A stretch of 64,000 nucleotides of DNA. It comes from an uncultured Verrucomicrobiae bacterium (GTDB lineage: Bacteria > Verrucomicrobiota > Verrucomicrobiia > Chthoniobacterales > Chthoniobacteraceae). The notes below the pieces were generated by a model, which saw nothing but the letters and a program-made list of their open reading frames with translations, had not been told where the DNA came from and ran no database searches. The translations under genes and the position numbers were made by a program. Position 1 is the stretch's first letter; the number at the start of each line of letters is the position of its first letter. Positions 18,300-27,676 of this stretch are shown piece after piece. The stretch spans positions 96,001-160,000 of the forward strand of contig CAWHEP010000010.1 in assembly GCA_963828525.1 (NCBI GenBank). The letters are read 5' to 3'.

Positions 18300-19037
18300 C
18301 TAGGTGGACTCTCCGCCCATCACTTTTGCCGGCGTCGCCGCCACCGACGCGCCAGTATCAAGCGATATGCCCGCCCTGGCCGCGAATTCCGCCAAAGCCT
18401 GATCTCCAAGAGCCTTTTGTTCACCCTCTTTCAGCAGGACATCGCTCATGTCTGTCGAACTCTGCGCGACCCGCATCCGGCCTGCAGCTGTCGTTGTCTC
18501 CTCCTTCACCATATCCTCCAGCCGCCCAAGATTGTCTCCCGCGCCTCCTATCGTGATGATCATCTTGGATGCCATCTCCATCAGCGCCGCCTGTGCCCGC
18601 TTGTTCTTCATCTCCGCGATGCCGTATTTGATCCTGTCGATCCGGCCTTTCGCCGCCTTCAAGGACACGTCTCGCGACCGGACAAGGTTCCCATAGTTTT
18701 GCTCTGCCTGGGTCAATTGCTCCGTGTTGGTCGCGAGTTGCCCCTGCACTCCCTGGAGACGCAGCGCGTATTGCGCCGCCGCCTCTTTGTTGCCCGCCCG
18801 GAGGTGCGCCGTGATCTTTGCCGTAAGCTCCTTCGCCTCCGCGTCAAGATCCTTCATCTGTGACTTCAGGCTTTCACACAGTCCTGCCGCTGGGATGAGA
18901 CTCTGGTTGAACGCGGCCTCTCCCGCTCGGAGATGTTCCTGTTCAGCTTCGAGCAGGGCTTCCGGGTTCTTCCGCTCGATCCCCGAGATGAATCTGCTGA
19001 TGAAGCCGGTGAACAGGGTGCCGATTCTTTTGAACAT
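18300..19037 (-). CDS. pspA: PspA/IM30 (ESCRT-III-like) family protein
   Basis: Amphipathic N-terminus MFKRIGTLFTGFISRFISGIERKNPEALLE, long coiled coil with the AHLRAGNKEAAAQYA hairpin, LGRLEDMVKEETTTAAGRMRVA, DQALAEF. Start ATG 19037. Confidence 0.88.
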   Translation of the reverse strand: MFKRIGTLFTGFISRFISGIERKNPEALLEAEQEHLRAGEAAFNQSLIPAAGLCESLKSQMKDLDAEAKELTAKITAHLRAGNKEAAAQYALRLQGVQGQLATNTEQLTQAEQNYGNLVRSRDVSLKAAKGRIDRIKYGIAEMKNKRAQAALMEMASKMIITIGGAGDNLGRLEDMVKEETTTAAGRMRVAQSSTDMSDVLLKEGEQKALGDQALAEFAARAGISLDTGASVAATPAKVMGGEST

Positions 19038-19205
19038 AGGGAAAGGCTGCGGTGGTTGACTCTTGTTCCAAACTATCGGGGCAAACTCCTCGTGACGAGC
19101 AAATCCGCAAAGCGCATTCGCGAGGCGCTGCGACCGCATCAGAACGATCTCGGAATGAGTCCAGATTGTGAAGAATCACCGATTCAGGCTCTGGAGACGA
19201 ACATC

Positions 19206-19328
19206 ATGAAAATCGACATCGAAAAATTCCGAGAAAAGGGCGGCGGTGGAAGCTACCTGATCTTTTGGCTCCTTGGCGTCCCGTTTCCAATCTTGGCGCT
19301 AATCTTCTTGTTGCGCGGCTGCAGCTAG
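19206..19328 (+). CDS. Small 40-aa membrane protein (WLLGVP...LLRGCS type)
   Basis: GGAGA RBS, ATG 19206, MKIDIEKFREKGGGGSYLIFWLLGVPFPILALIFLLRGCS; one hydrophobic helix. Confidence 0.7.
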   Translation: MKIDIEKFREKGGGGSYLIFWLLGVPFPILALIFLLRGCS

Positions 19329-19353
19329 ACCGGCGACTCTGCTTCGATCTTCT

Positions 19354-21150
19354 TTAATGGTGCCCGTTGTGCCGGGACAACCACAGGAAAAACAGGAAGA
19401 TGAGGATCGGAACAAGCGCTGACGTTATCACGAGCCGTGAACCGCGCCATCGCGTCTCCCATGGCTTGGGCTCCTTCAAATCCTTGGCTCGTCCTGTTAC
19501 TTTTACCGACGCAGGGTCATCGAGCTCCGCCTTCATCTGTTGCACAGACTGGAACCTTGCGTCAGGGTCACGCGCCATCGCGTGCAGGATAGTCTCTTCA
19601 AGTTGAGGAGTTATTGCCGCGTTCAACTTCCGAGGCGCCGTCGGATCTCCCGTCAGACGGGCGTTCATGATGAGAAAGGGATTCTGTCCTTCGAAGGGGG
19701 CCGAACCCGTGACCATCTCGTAGAGCATCGCGCCGAGGCTGTAGATATCCGTGCGCTCGTCACCACGTCTTCCTTTCACCTGCTCGGGAGCCATATAGTC
19801 CGGCGTTCCCATCGTAGGCGAGAATCCCGCGAACGTTAGCTGCCTGAGCTCCCCCGCTTTCGCGATTCCAAAGTCGATGATGCGGGCGTTGCCGTCGTCA
19901 CACACCATGATGTTCTGCGGCTTCAGATCCCGATGGATGATCTTCCGCCCATGCATGTGAGCCAGCGCGTCGCAAATTTGGCTGGCGATCCTCAGCGCGT
20001 CCGGTATCGGCAGTGGCCGCACCCGGCTGAGCGTATCACTTAAAGTACAACCGCTCAGATATTCCGTGACGATGTAGGGGCGGCTTTTCGTCCCCTCGCA
20101 CTGGATGAAACGCAAGATGTACGGATGCTTCAATGTCCTGCCGATCTCCTCCTCCCGCTCGAAGCGGGTGAAAAACGCCGCGTTCATCTCGCGTTGCACG
20201 AACGGCACCTTGACCGCCACCTGCTCGCCGTTGCGCAGATCCTTCGCGCGAAAAATCGACGCCATGCCGCTCCGGCTTAGCACCTGCTCGATGAGGAATC
20301 GTTCGTCCAGAACATCCCCTTCTTTCACCTCCTTCACTGGCGCCGCTTCCGCTGCCTCCTTGGCCGACAAGAACGACAACCCCTTCCCCGCGCCGGGGCT
20401 TACCACATGGTTCACTTGCACAACCTGCGCCGACAGGTTGTCATTTGCCGCGCGGCGCTCCGCGAGTGAGATCAGGTAAGGACAGATTTCCTCCATCGGC
20501 AGCCGATCCACTCCCTCCAGGATTTCCGCGTCGCTCAGAAAGCAATACAGCCCATCGCAACATTGGAGGAACCGGTCTCGGGGACGCACATCCAGCGCCT
20601 TGTAGTCGAACTGAAGGATCGGCTCCGTGCCAACGCTCTTCGTCAACATCGACCTCAGGTTGCTCGCCCGCGCTTCATCCTCGGAAATCAAGCGGAGCTT
20701 CACCTGCAAACCCGTGTACGAATGGTCCGACGTGAGCTTTTTGATTTCCTCATGCCTCACCATGTAAACACGGCAGTCGCCAACATGCCCGATATGCACC
20801 TTCTTCTCCCGGAAGATGCAGACCGTAAGCGTCGTCGCCATCTTGCTTCCAAGCTGGTTGGCGATCGTCGAGTCGTATAAGGCGATGTTCGCCGAGTCGA
20901 AAATGAGCTTCAGGATCGCTTTCGCGGGAATTTCGGGGTCGCACGCCTTGAACTTGTCCAACGCGATCTCCACCGCCATCCGGCTCGCGATCTCTCCGTT
21001 GCCATGTCCGCCCACGCCATCCGCAAGGATCGCGATGCTTCCGCGGCACTCCTTTTCCTCGGGATCCTCCGGCTCCCAGAATCCGAGGTAATCCTCGTTC
21101 TTCTTGCGAAGGGGGCCGGGGGTGGTCAGGGAAACGTGGCTGACTTCCAT
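19354..21150 (-). CDS. Bifunctional PP2C phosphatase / Hanks-type Ser/Thr kinase with C-terminal TM
   Basis: PP2C motifs NED, ADGVGG, HVGDCR, CDGL, DN; kinase motifs VAVK, HRDLKPQN, DFG, GTPDYMAPE. Confidence 0.95.
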   Translation of the reverse strand: MEVSHVSLTTPGPLRKKNEDYLGFWEPEDPEEKECRGSIAILADGVGGHGNGEIASRMAVEIALDKFKACDPEIPAKAILKLIFDSANIALYDSTIANQLGSKMATTLTVCIFREKKVHIGHVGDCRVYMVRHEEIKKLTSDHSYTGLQVKLRLISEDEARASNLRSMLTKSVGTEPILQFDYKALDVRPRDRFLQCCDGLYCFLSDAEILEGVDRLPMEEICPYLISLAERRAANDNLSAQVVQVNHVVSPGAGKGLSFLSAKEAAEAAPVKEVKEGDVLDERFLIEQVLSRSGMASIFRAKDLRNGEQVAVKVPFVQREMNAAFFTRFEREEEIGRTLKHPYILRFIQCEGTKSRPYIVTEYLSGCTLSDTLSRVRPLPIPDALRIASQICDALAHMHGRKIIHRDLKPQNIMVCDDGNARIIDFGIAKAGELRQLTFAGFSPTMGTPDYMAPEQVKGRRGDERTDIYSLGAMLYEMVTGSAPFEGQNPFLIMNARLTGDPTAPRKLNAAITPQLEETILHAMARDPDARFQSVQQMKAELDDPASVKVTGRAKDLKEPKPWETRWRGSRLVITSALVPILIFLFFLWLSRHNGHH

Positions 21151-21218
21151 CCGTAACTACTTAAGTCCAGGTTTGATCAAGATTTTCGCTATTTGCGCCA
21201 TGCGCGACAGCGTCATCT

Positions 21219-21272
21219 AAAAAGAGGAAAACGGCCACACCTAAAACCCAAGATGTGGCCGTTACCCCTTTT
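21219..21272 (-). terminator. Probable intrinsic terminator downstream of the APC permease
   Basis: Inverted repeat AACGGCCACA (21230-21239) / TGTGGCCGTT (21254-21263), followed by a T-rich tract on the minus strand. Confidence 0.65.
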
Positions 21273-21312
21273 CCTTGGTTCCGCCATCGGCGGAACCTAT
21301 GTCAGTTGTCGC

Positions 21313-23292
21313 CTATGCCATCTTTGCGGAGGCATCCAGGAAGATCGGCTTGTCCTTCTTCTTGCTGCCCATGACGAAGTAAACGACGCCGTAGAGACCC
21401 CAGAGCGCGGCGACTCCCAGTGCGATGTAGGGCTCTTTCCAGCTCATCCCGCTCACCGTGAATGGCCCGATTAGATAGAACAACATGCAGGCGAAGTTCG
21501 CCACCAAACCGAACACTGGGATGGCTACGTGCTTCAGCCCGTGGAAGGCGTCATGCTCGATGAATGCGACAATCGTGATGACGCACGTCACCATGTAGAG
21601 CAGGAACGTCCCGAAGTTGCTGATCAGGGTGATGATGACCAAGGTGTTTGGCATGGTCGCGTAGGCGGCTGGCGAGAAGATGCCAAAGCTATACCAGATA
21701 TTCTTGTATTTCGGGTCCAGCGCGGCAGGCGTGGTGCCGCCGAGGTAAACCGAGACAGTGATGATTCCCAGAACCATCGACAGCACAGCCAGCGTCCAAA
21801 TGGCGCGGTGCGGTGAACCCGTCTTGCCGTGGAGCAAGCCGAAGTGCGACCCGACCTCTTCGTCACGACCCATCGCGTATGTCACGCGAGCGCCCGTGCT
21901 AAGGCAGGAGAGCGTCGTGCCGATAAGCGCCAGGAACACCGTGAACGCCTGCACGAGCATGAAGGCCCGCCCCGCGGCGTAGCTGCCGAACAGCCAGGAG
22001 CCGACGAGGACCATCTGGTCTCCAATCGGAGCGCCGGAAGCCGCTGCCATTGGCATCGTGTAGCCGTTGTGCAGGAAGTAGTTCGCGGCAAAATACTCCA
22101 GGAAGTAGCAGAAGCAGCCCTGCACCGCCAGTGAGAGCAGCACGGCCCGAGGAACATCGCGCTTCGCGTCCTTGGCCTCTTCACCCATCGCGGTCACAGA
22201 CTCGAATCCTACGAGGATTAGAATCGCGATACACGCCTGGATGAACACCAGGTTGAAGCCATGAGGCGCGATGACCGATCCCGGTGAGGTGTGGAAGTTG
22301 AACGTCTGCGGGTCCTTGGCGTCTCCGGCTTTGCCAGTGACAGCTTCTTCATCCTTGTAACTTACTGTAAAGGGCACGGCGATAGCCTTGCCATCTTTGT
22401 CCAGCACCAACTTGCCCTTGTCATCCTTCTGCAGCACAGGATACGGGTCGCCCTCCGCCATTCCGGCAGGCAGCGGCGTGTCCTTGCTCGCGAGATCGTC
22501 TTTGGTTACGGCGCGATCCTGCTGCTTGAAGATCGGCTTTCCTTTGTCATCAACCTTTGGGGTGTTGTCGGCCCAGGCGTCTTGAACAGGCTGGTTTTTG
22601 TCATCCAGCACATTCGTGGAATCAACCTGGTATTGAATCGCTGTTCCGTTCGAAAGATGCCAGCCGAGAGAGTCTTGCTTGTGATTGATGCGGTACCCGA
22701 TCGCCATGCAGGAGAACACCAGCAGCGCGGTGATCTGGATCACGTTGATCGCGGTGTTTACCCCCGTCGTGCCGGAAACGCCACGGTAGGCGATGTAAGC
22801 CACGCCAAGCGCGAACACGACGCAGAACAAGATCATAAACAGCGGGCTGTTGTAGGTGCCGCTGAATGTGTCCGGGAAGAATTGGTTGAGCAGGTAACCG
22901 CTCAAAATAGCGGTCACACCCACCATGCAGCCCGGATACACCCAGTAGTAGAGATGGCTCGCCCATCCCGTGAAGAACTTCACGATCCGCGCGAACTTGA
23001 AGAATTTCGTCTTCGATTGGAATGCTTGTTCCGCGTAAAGATACGAAGAGCCCGCGCCGGGATAGATCTTCGAAAGTTCCGCATAGCTGTATGCGGTGGC
23101 AAAGCAGAGCAGCAGCGCGCCCAGGATGCCGAACCACATGGCTTGGCCGGCCATGGGAGCTCCGTAGAGAGATTGAATTTGGAAGGTCAGCCATAGGAAC
23201 GCTCCAGGCGCGATCAGCGCCATTGCGTTCATGGTTAACCCAGTGAGGCCGAGAGTTCCCCGGCTTGCTGGTGGTTGTGTTTCTTGAGGCAT
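21313..23292 (-). CDS. APC-family amino acid permease with a large soluble insertion
   Basis: About 12 hydrophobic segments; YAELSKIYPGAGSSYLY, LVGFES..MGEEAKDAKRDVPRA, ARVTYAMGRD. Confidence 0.92.
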   Translation of the reverse strand: MPQETQPPASRGTLGLTGLTMNAMALIAPGAFLWLTFQIQSLYGAPMAGQAMWFGILGALLLCFATAYSYAELSKIYPGAGSSYLYAEQAFQSKTKFFKFARIVKFFTGWASHLYYWVYPGCMVGVTAILSGYLLNQFFPDTFSGTYNSPLFMILFCVVFALGVAYIAYRGVSGTTGVNTAINVIQITALLVFSCMAIGYRINHKQDSLGWHLSNGTAIQYQVDSTNVLDDKNQPVQDAWADNTPKVDDKGKPIFKQQDRAVTKDDLASKDTPLPAGMAEGDPYPVLQKDDKGKLVLDKDGKAIAVPFTVSYKDEEAVTGKAGDAKDPQTFNFHTSPGSVIAPHGFNLVFIQACIAILILVGFESVTAMGEEAKDAKRDVPRAVLLSLAVQGCFCYFLEYFAANYFLHNGYTMPMAAASGAPIGDQMVLVGSWLFGSYAAGRAFMLVQAFTVFLALIGTTLSCLSTGARVTYAMGRDEEVGSHFGLLHGKTGSPHRAIWTLAVLSMVLGIITVSVYLGGTTPAALDPKYKNIWYSFGIFSPAAYATMPNTLVIITLISNFGTFLLYMVTCVITIVAFIEHDAFHGLKHVAIPVFGLVANFACMLFYLIGPFTVSGMSWKEPYIALGVAALWGLYGVVYFVMGSKKKDKPIFLDASAKMA

Positions 23293-23345
23293 AGTGGGTT
23301 TGTTTGGTTGGTTGCGGATTCTGATCCGATTGGATGCGCCCCATC

Positions 23346-23362
23346 AGCAATGCGCGTGCCAA
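23346..23362 (-). promoter_or_regulatory. Sigma-54 (-24/-12) promoter for the APC permease
   Basis: Minus strand TTGGCACGCGCATTGCT matches TGGCAC-N5-TTGC, about 55 nt upstream of the ATG. Confidence 0.8.
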
Positions 23363-23528
23363 CCACTAAACATTCTCACAATCCAGAAGGGATTCTCATT
23401 TTTATAAGAATCCTCCCCGTAATGGACGCCAGTACAAAAACCGCCACTCTGCTCACAAATCGCCACACCCTTGGGGGGCAGGAGCCGTCAAACTGCCTTC
23501 CCCAAGCCGCCGCCAAACCTCCTCCGTC

Positions 23529-24638
23529 TTAAAACGTCTTTATGAACTTCTTCAGGCTCTTCATATCCGGGCTCTTGGCGCTCCGCACGTAGTAACCGGA
23601 CGTAGCCACCCCGATCTTCAGGCTCGTTGCCAGGTCACCCCCCAGCAGCCGGCCCACGCAGAATCCCGCGTTGAAATGATCTCCCGCGCCCGTCGTGATC
23701 TTCGGCTTCGGCGTGAAGGGCCCTTGCGCGTGAGTCGCTCCAGTCAGATCCGCCGCCGCGGCATACTCTGTGGGATGGATCACCACAGTCTCAATCTTCA
23801 ACTTTTCCAGAATCCGGGCCGCGTGCTCGGTGACGCGACCAGCCTTTCCATCCGCCAGTTTCAGCCCCAGCACGTCTCCAATCTGCCGGCTCTCCTGCAA
23901 GTTCAACCCCAGGATCACCCTGAAATACTTCTGGAATTTCGACACGGTCTTAAGCAGTCGCGCGATGTCCTCGCGGGTCCGCTTTGCAGGATCCGCCAGA
24001 TCGAAAAATACCCAGCGCTTCTGTCCCATCAAGGATGGCGCGATCTCCGTCAGAACCTTATCCAGAATGCCGCCCATGAAAGGCAGCATCGTCCAGTTCA
24101 CAAGCGCGATCAGGGACGAGTCGGAGAACTTCGCCTTCAACTTATCCACAGGCAGGGCTCGTGTCAGCGCCTGCCAATTCACTTCCTTCAAACTTGAAAT
24201 CTTACCGCACATCAGCTTCCCGTCCTCGAACTCGATCGCGTCCGTGTATCCCGGCTCCGCCAGCGTATAGACGGTCGTCCGCTTCGCGAACTCCGCGAAA
24301 ATCGGGTGCAGATTGGGAAATCCTAGATTCCCTATATACGTCACCGGCGCGCCATAACTACAAAGCGCGTTGGCCATAATCGGCCCGTTCCCCCCCAGCT
24401 TCACCATCTGCGTCACAAACTCGAAGTTCGCGCTCAGCCCTGCGGCCGCTTTGATTTTCGCGGCAAACTCCGCCATCTTCCTTACTCGCGAAAACTTGGT
24501 GGCGGACTCCCGCTTATCCACCACATGCAGGATGGTATCGACGAAACCCGTCCAATCCAACCAGAGCCTGTTGGCGAGGCAGCAAATCTTCGCCGGACGC
24601 CAGAATATCAGAAATAACTTTTGCAGGGGAAGGGGTCA
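23529..24638 (-). CDS. PfkB-family carbohydrate kinase, frameshifted near 24545-24549
   Basis: C-terminal TTGAGDHFNAGF and N-terminal KLGGNGPIMANAL. The upstream segment MTPSPAKVISDILASGEDLLPRQQALVGLDG (ATG 24638) joins FVDTILHVVDKR only if one base is removed from GGGTTT. Confidence 0.85.
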
Positions 24639-24792
24639 TGACAAAAGCGAAAACCCATTGCGCCCAAACGTCAATGTCTAACCACCTCCACCTAAAATCG
24701 ATCAACGTTCCCTCGCGAAGTCCCAAAAGGTTCTCCGCGCGCCTCCCACCTCCTCAATTTGCGAAAACCCCCATCTGAACTAAGCTGACTGG

Positions 24793-25767
24793 ATGTCCGC
24801 AGCCCAGGATACTGCCCCAGAACGTCGTCGGCTGGCGACTTCTCAAAGGCCCTGTTTGACTGGCTCAAAGCCGAACCTCTTCCGCCGCGCTGCTTGCCGC
24901 GAGCGCTCTCGTCCTCGCGTGGTTCTTCTGCTGTGTCCCGTTGTTCCACTACTCTTCGGAGACGGCTCTCACCTGGGGGTTGAAAGCCTGGTCCAGACGG
25001 AGCAAGCGCACGGCAAACTGGTCCCGCTGATTTCTCTATTCCTCCTCTGGCACATCGACAGGAAACTGCTGCTCGCGGCGCCCAAGAAGGGTTCCAACGC
25101 TGGTTTGCTTTTTATCCTTACGGGATAGCGCTATTCCTCCTCAGCGTCCGCTGCCTTGAGTGCCGCCTCGCCTTCTGTCCCTGCCCTTTCTCGCATACGG
25201 TTCAGTCCTGTTCCTACCTGGGCGGGGCGAGTGGCGCGGGTGTTTCGTGTCCCCTGCGCGCTTCTGCTATTCATGATTCCGTGGGCCGCTGCCGAGCAAG
25301 CTACTAATCGTCTCCAGTTCATCATCACGGATATAGTGGGGCGTCTGGCCAACATCGCCGGCATCAGCTACCCACGCCGTCGGGACCACTCTGCGGGCCG
25401 GGGATGGCAGCTTTAATTTCGAAATCGCCGATGGGTGCAGCGGCGTGCATTCAATTACTGCCATCACCCTTCTCACCGCCCTCTTCGTCCACCTGACGCA
25501 GAGCGCCTCTGTGGAAGAAGCTGTTCATCTTCGCCTCCTCCGCTGGGTTTCGCCATCCTCGGGAACATCGCCCGGATCTTCTCCATACTTATTGTCGCGA
25601 AGTTCTATGGGCAGCCGCCGCTGACTAACTGGCATGAGTATGCGGGCTATATTTCATTCCCCATGGCGCTGGGCGCCATGCTGGGGTTCAGCGCGCTGCT
25701 CAATCTCGATTACAAGAAACTTTTCTCCTCGGTGCCTCCTTCGAAAGGCGTCACCTATGATTACTAG
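24793..25767 (+). pseudogene. Exosortase (EpsH/Xrt family), interrupted by several frameshifts and a stop
   Basis: Fragments EQAHGKLVPLISLFLLW, LLLFMIPW, FNFEIADGCSGVHS (Cys codon 25436-25438, in a different frame), GNIARIFSIL and WHEYAGYISF supply the Cys/Arg/His triad. In-frame TAG at 25126. Lies immediately upstream of epsI. Confidence 0.82.
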
Positions 25768-26452
25768 ACGCGCCTCCATCCTCTTCTTGCTTTTGTGTTG
25801 CGGATTTGGCTCCACTTACCTGCTACCGCGCGTGTCTGCTTCAAGACCCAGTGGCATTGATCTAGCCCTCCCGGCGCTTGTAGGCGAGTGGTATGGCCAG
25901 CCCGCCGAGGTCTCGCCTAAAGAGCGCCTCCTCCTGGGCGCTGAGACCGAGTTCTCTCGAAAGCTTTATAGAAACAGCTCCGGCAGCCAGATCTTTGTCT
26001 CCGTTGTCCTGTCGGGCCAGGACATGAACACCAGCATTCACCGACCCGAAAACTGTTTGCCTTCCCAGGGTTTCACCATCGTTAGTTCTAAAACCGTCCC
26101 CATTCAGTTGGATCAGTCCAGGCGCCAAATCCTCACTACAACCCGGCTCAATGACTGTAGAAACCTCCGCTCTCCTGAGGGAATCGAGATGACCGTTTCC
26201 AGCCTGGACTACTACTGGTTTGTCGGCTGTCAGCAAACAACCGCGTCCCATCTGTCCCGGATGGCCATCGACATCAGGGACCGCTTTTTGAAGGGCTACA
26301 ATCAGAGATGGGCTTACGTTACTGTCGCTGCTTCCATCACAAAAGGCCTTACGCCCGACGGCATGTCAGAGCAGGAGACTGACGAAATGATCCAGGATTT
26401 CATCAGGCAACTGGTTCCCAAAATTCAGAAGCCCTCTGTCAGCATCGGCTAG
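25757..26452 (+). CDS. epsI: Exosortase-associated EpsI family protein
   Basis: LPALVGEWYG, SIHRPENCLPSQGF, YYWFVG, QRWAYV; start overlaps the end of the exosortase. Confidence 0.88.
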   Translation: MITRRASILFLLLCCGFGSTYLLPRVSASRPSGIDLALPALVGEWYGQPAEVSPKERLLLGAETEFSRKLYRNSSGSQIFVSVVLSGQDMNTSIHRPENCLPSQGFTIVSSKTVPIQLDQSRRQILTTTRLNDCRNLRSPEGIEMTVSSLDYYWFVGCQQTTASHLSRMAIDIRDRFLKGYNQRWAYVTVAASITKGLTPDGMSEQETDEMIQDFIRQLVPKIQKPSVSIG

Positions 26453-27564
26453 CCAGCCAAGGCCAGCCCGTTGTCCTTCCCCCGATAGTAGTCGATCAGT
26501 CGCGCCGCGTGATTCTTCCAGGAAAGCGCTTCCGCTTGCCTCAGGCCCTTCGCGATCAGCGCGCTCCTTAACTCAGCGTTCGTTAGCACATCGATGATCT
26601 TTTCCGCTGCTTCCTCGGGCGAACGCGGATCGAAATACAAGGCTGCTTCCCCGCCCACCTCAGGCAAACTGCTCGCATTGCTGCACGCCACCGGACACCC
26701 CGCTGCCATGGCCTCCAGCACGGGCAACCCGAACCCCTCCAGGAGCGAGGGAAACAGCAGAACGTCCGCTTGTTGATAGATCCCAGCCAACGGCTCGTCA
26801 CCTTCTCCAAATAACGAACCCAATTCGATGATCTGTCCGGTCGGCATCGCTTTCCGCAAGTCCGCCAGCAGCGGGCCCGGCAGCGGGTCGCCCACGCGCA
26901 CAAATAAAACATCCTTAATCCTCTTCCGCACATGGCGCATCACTTCCGGTACGATCTCCAGGTTTTTCCGGGAGCCCGCCGTCCCTATGCTGAGAATCCG
27001 TTTGTATCCCGGCCACTCCTCCAGTCTCGCAAACGTCGCCTCTGAGTGTCGCGCGAACGTAGCGTAATCCACACCAAGTGGCAGAACAGCGATTCGCTCC
27101 CCAGGTATGCCTAACAGATCGATCACATCTATTTTGCTATGAAGCGAATCCGTGAGGATCAGGTCAGCCGCCCGCGCGTGCCCGACCGTTTTCCTGAACC
27201 GCTTGACCTGCGCAAGGGTCAGGCCCCGCGCGTCGCGCAGCGGCGCCAAATCATGAACCGTGACTATCTTTCTTGGCAACCCTCGAGCGTTCTTGAGCAG
27301 ATGAGAGCAACTGTGGTCAAGAACGTGGACAACGTCTCTCCCCCGTTGCATCGCCGTCACCAGGGGGTAGGCGATATACTTGCTCCATGCTCTCGAGAAT
27401 CGTCCCGCGCGTCTTGAGGTTCGCGGGGCGGCGCCGAACGGACAGTCGATCTGCACAGAACTGTCGTCGAAACGGCCGAATTCACGCTCCAGCGCAGCCC
27501 AGTAGCGATCCATGCTCGTGCATCCTTCGCTCGGCGGGGCGGGCAACCAGAGGACGCTTTGCAC
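26449..27564 (-). CDS. Glycosyltransferase family 4 (GT-B)
   Basis: VTVHDL, RKNL, FPSLLEGFGLPVLEAMAAGCPV. Confidence 0.93.
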   Translation of the reverse strand: MQSVLWLPAPPSEGCTSMDRYWAALEREFGRFDDSSVQIDCPFGAAPRTSRRAGRFSRAWSKYIAYPLVTAMQRGRDVVHVLDHSCSHLLKNARGLPRKIVTVHDLAPLRDARGLTLAQVKRFRKTVGHARAADLILTDSLHSKIDVIDLLGIPGERIAVLPLGVDYATFARHSEATFARLEEWPGYKRILSIGTAGSRKNLEIVPEVMRHVRKRIKDVLFVRVGDPLPGPLLADLRKAMPTGQIIELGSLFGEGDEPLAGIYQQADVLLFPSLLEGFGLPVLEAMAAGCPVACSNASSLPEVGGEAALYFDPRSPEEAAEKIIDVLTNAELRSALIAKGLRQAEALSWKNHAARLIDYYRGKDNGLALAG

Positions 27565-27676
27565 TCCATTCCTTTATCATGACTGGCGCGGCACAGCGCA
27601 AGGTCAATTCATCCTGGCAATCCACGTCCATCTTCCTCTCGTTTATTCTCGAACTTCAAGCCTCCGCTTGATTCAT

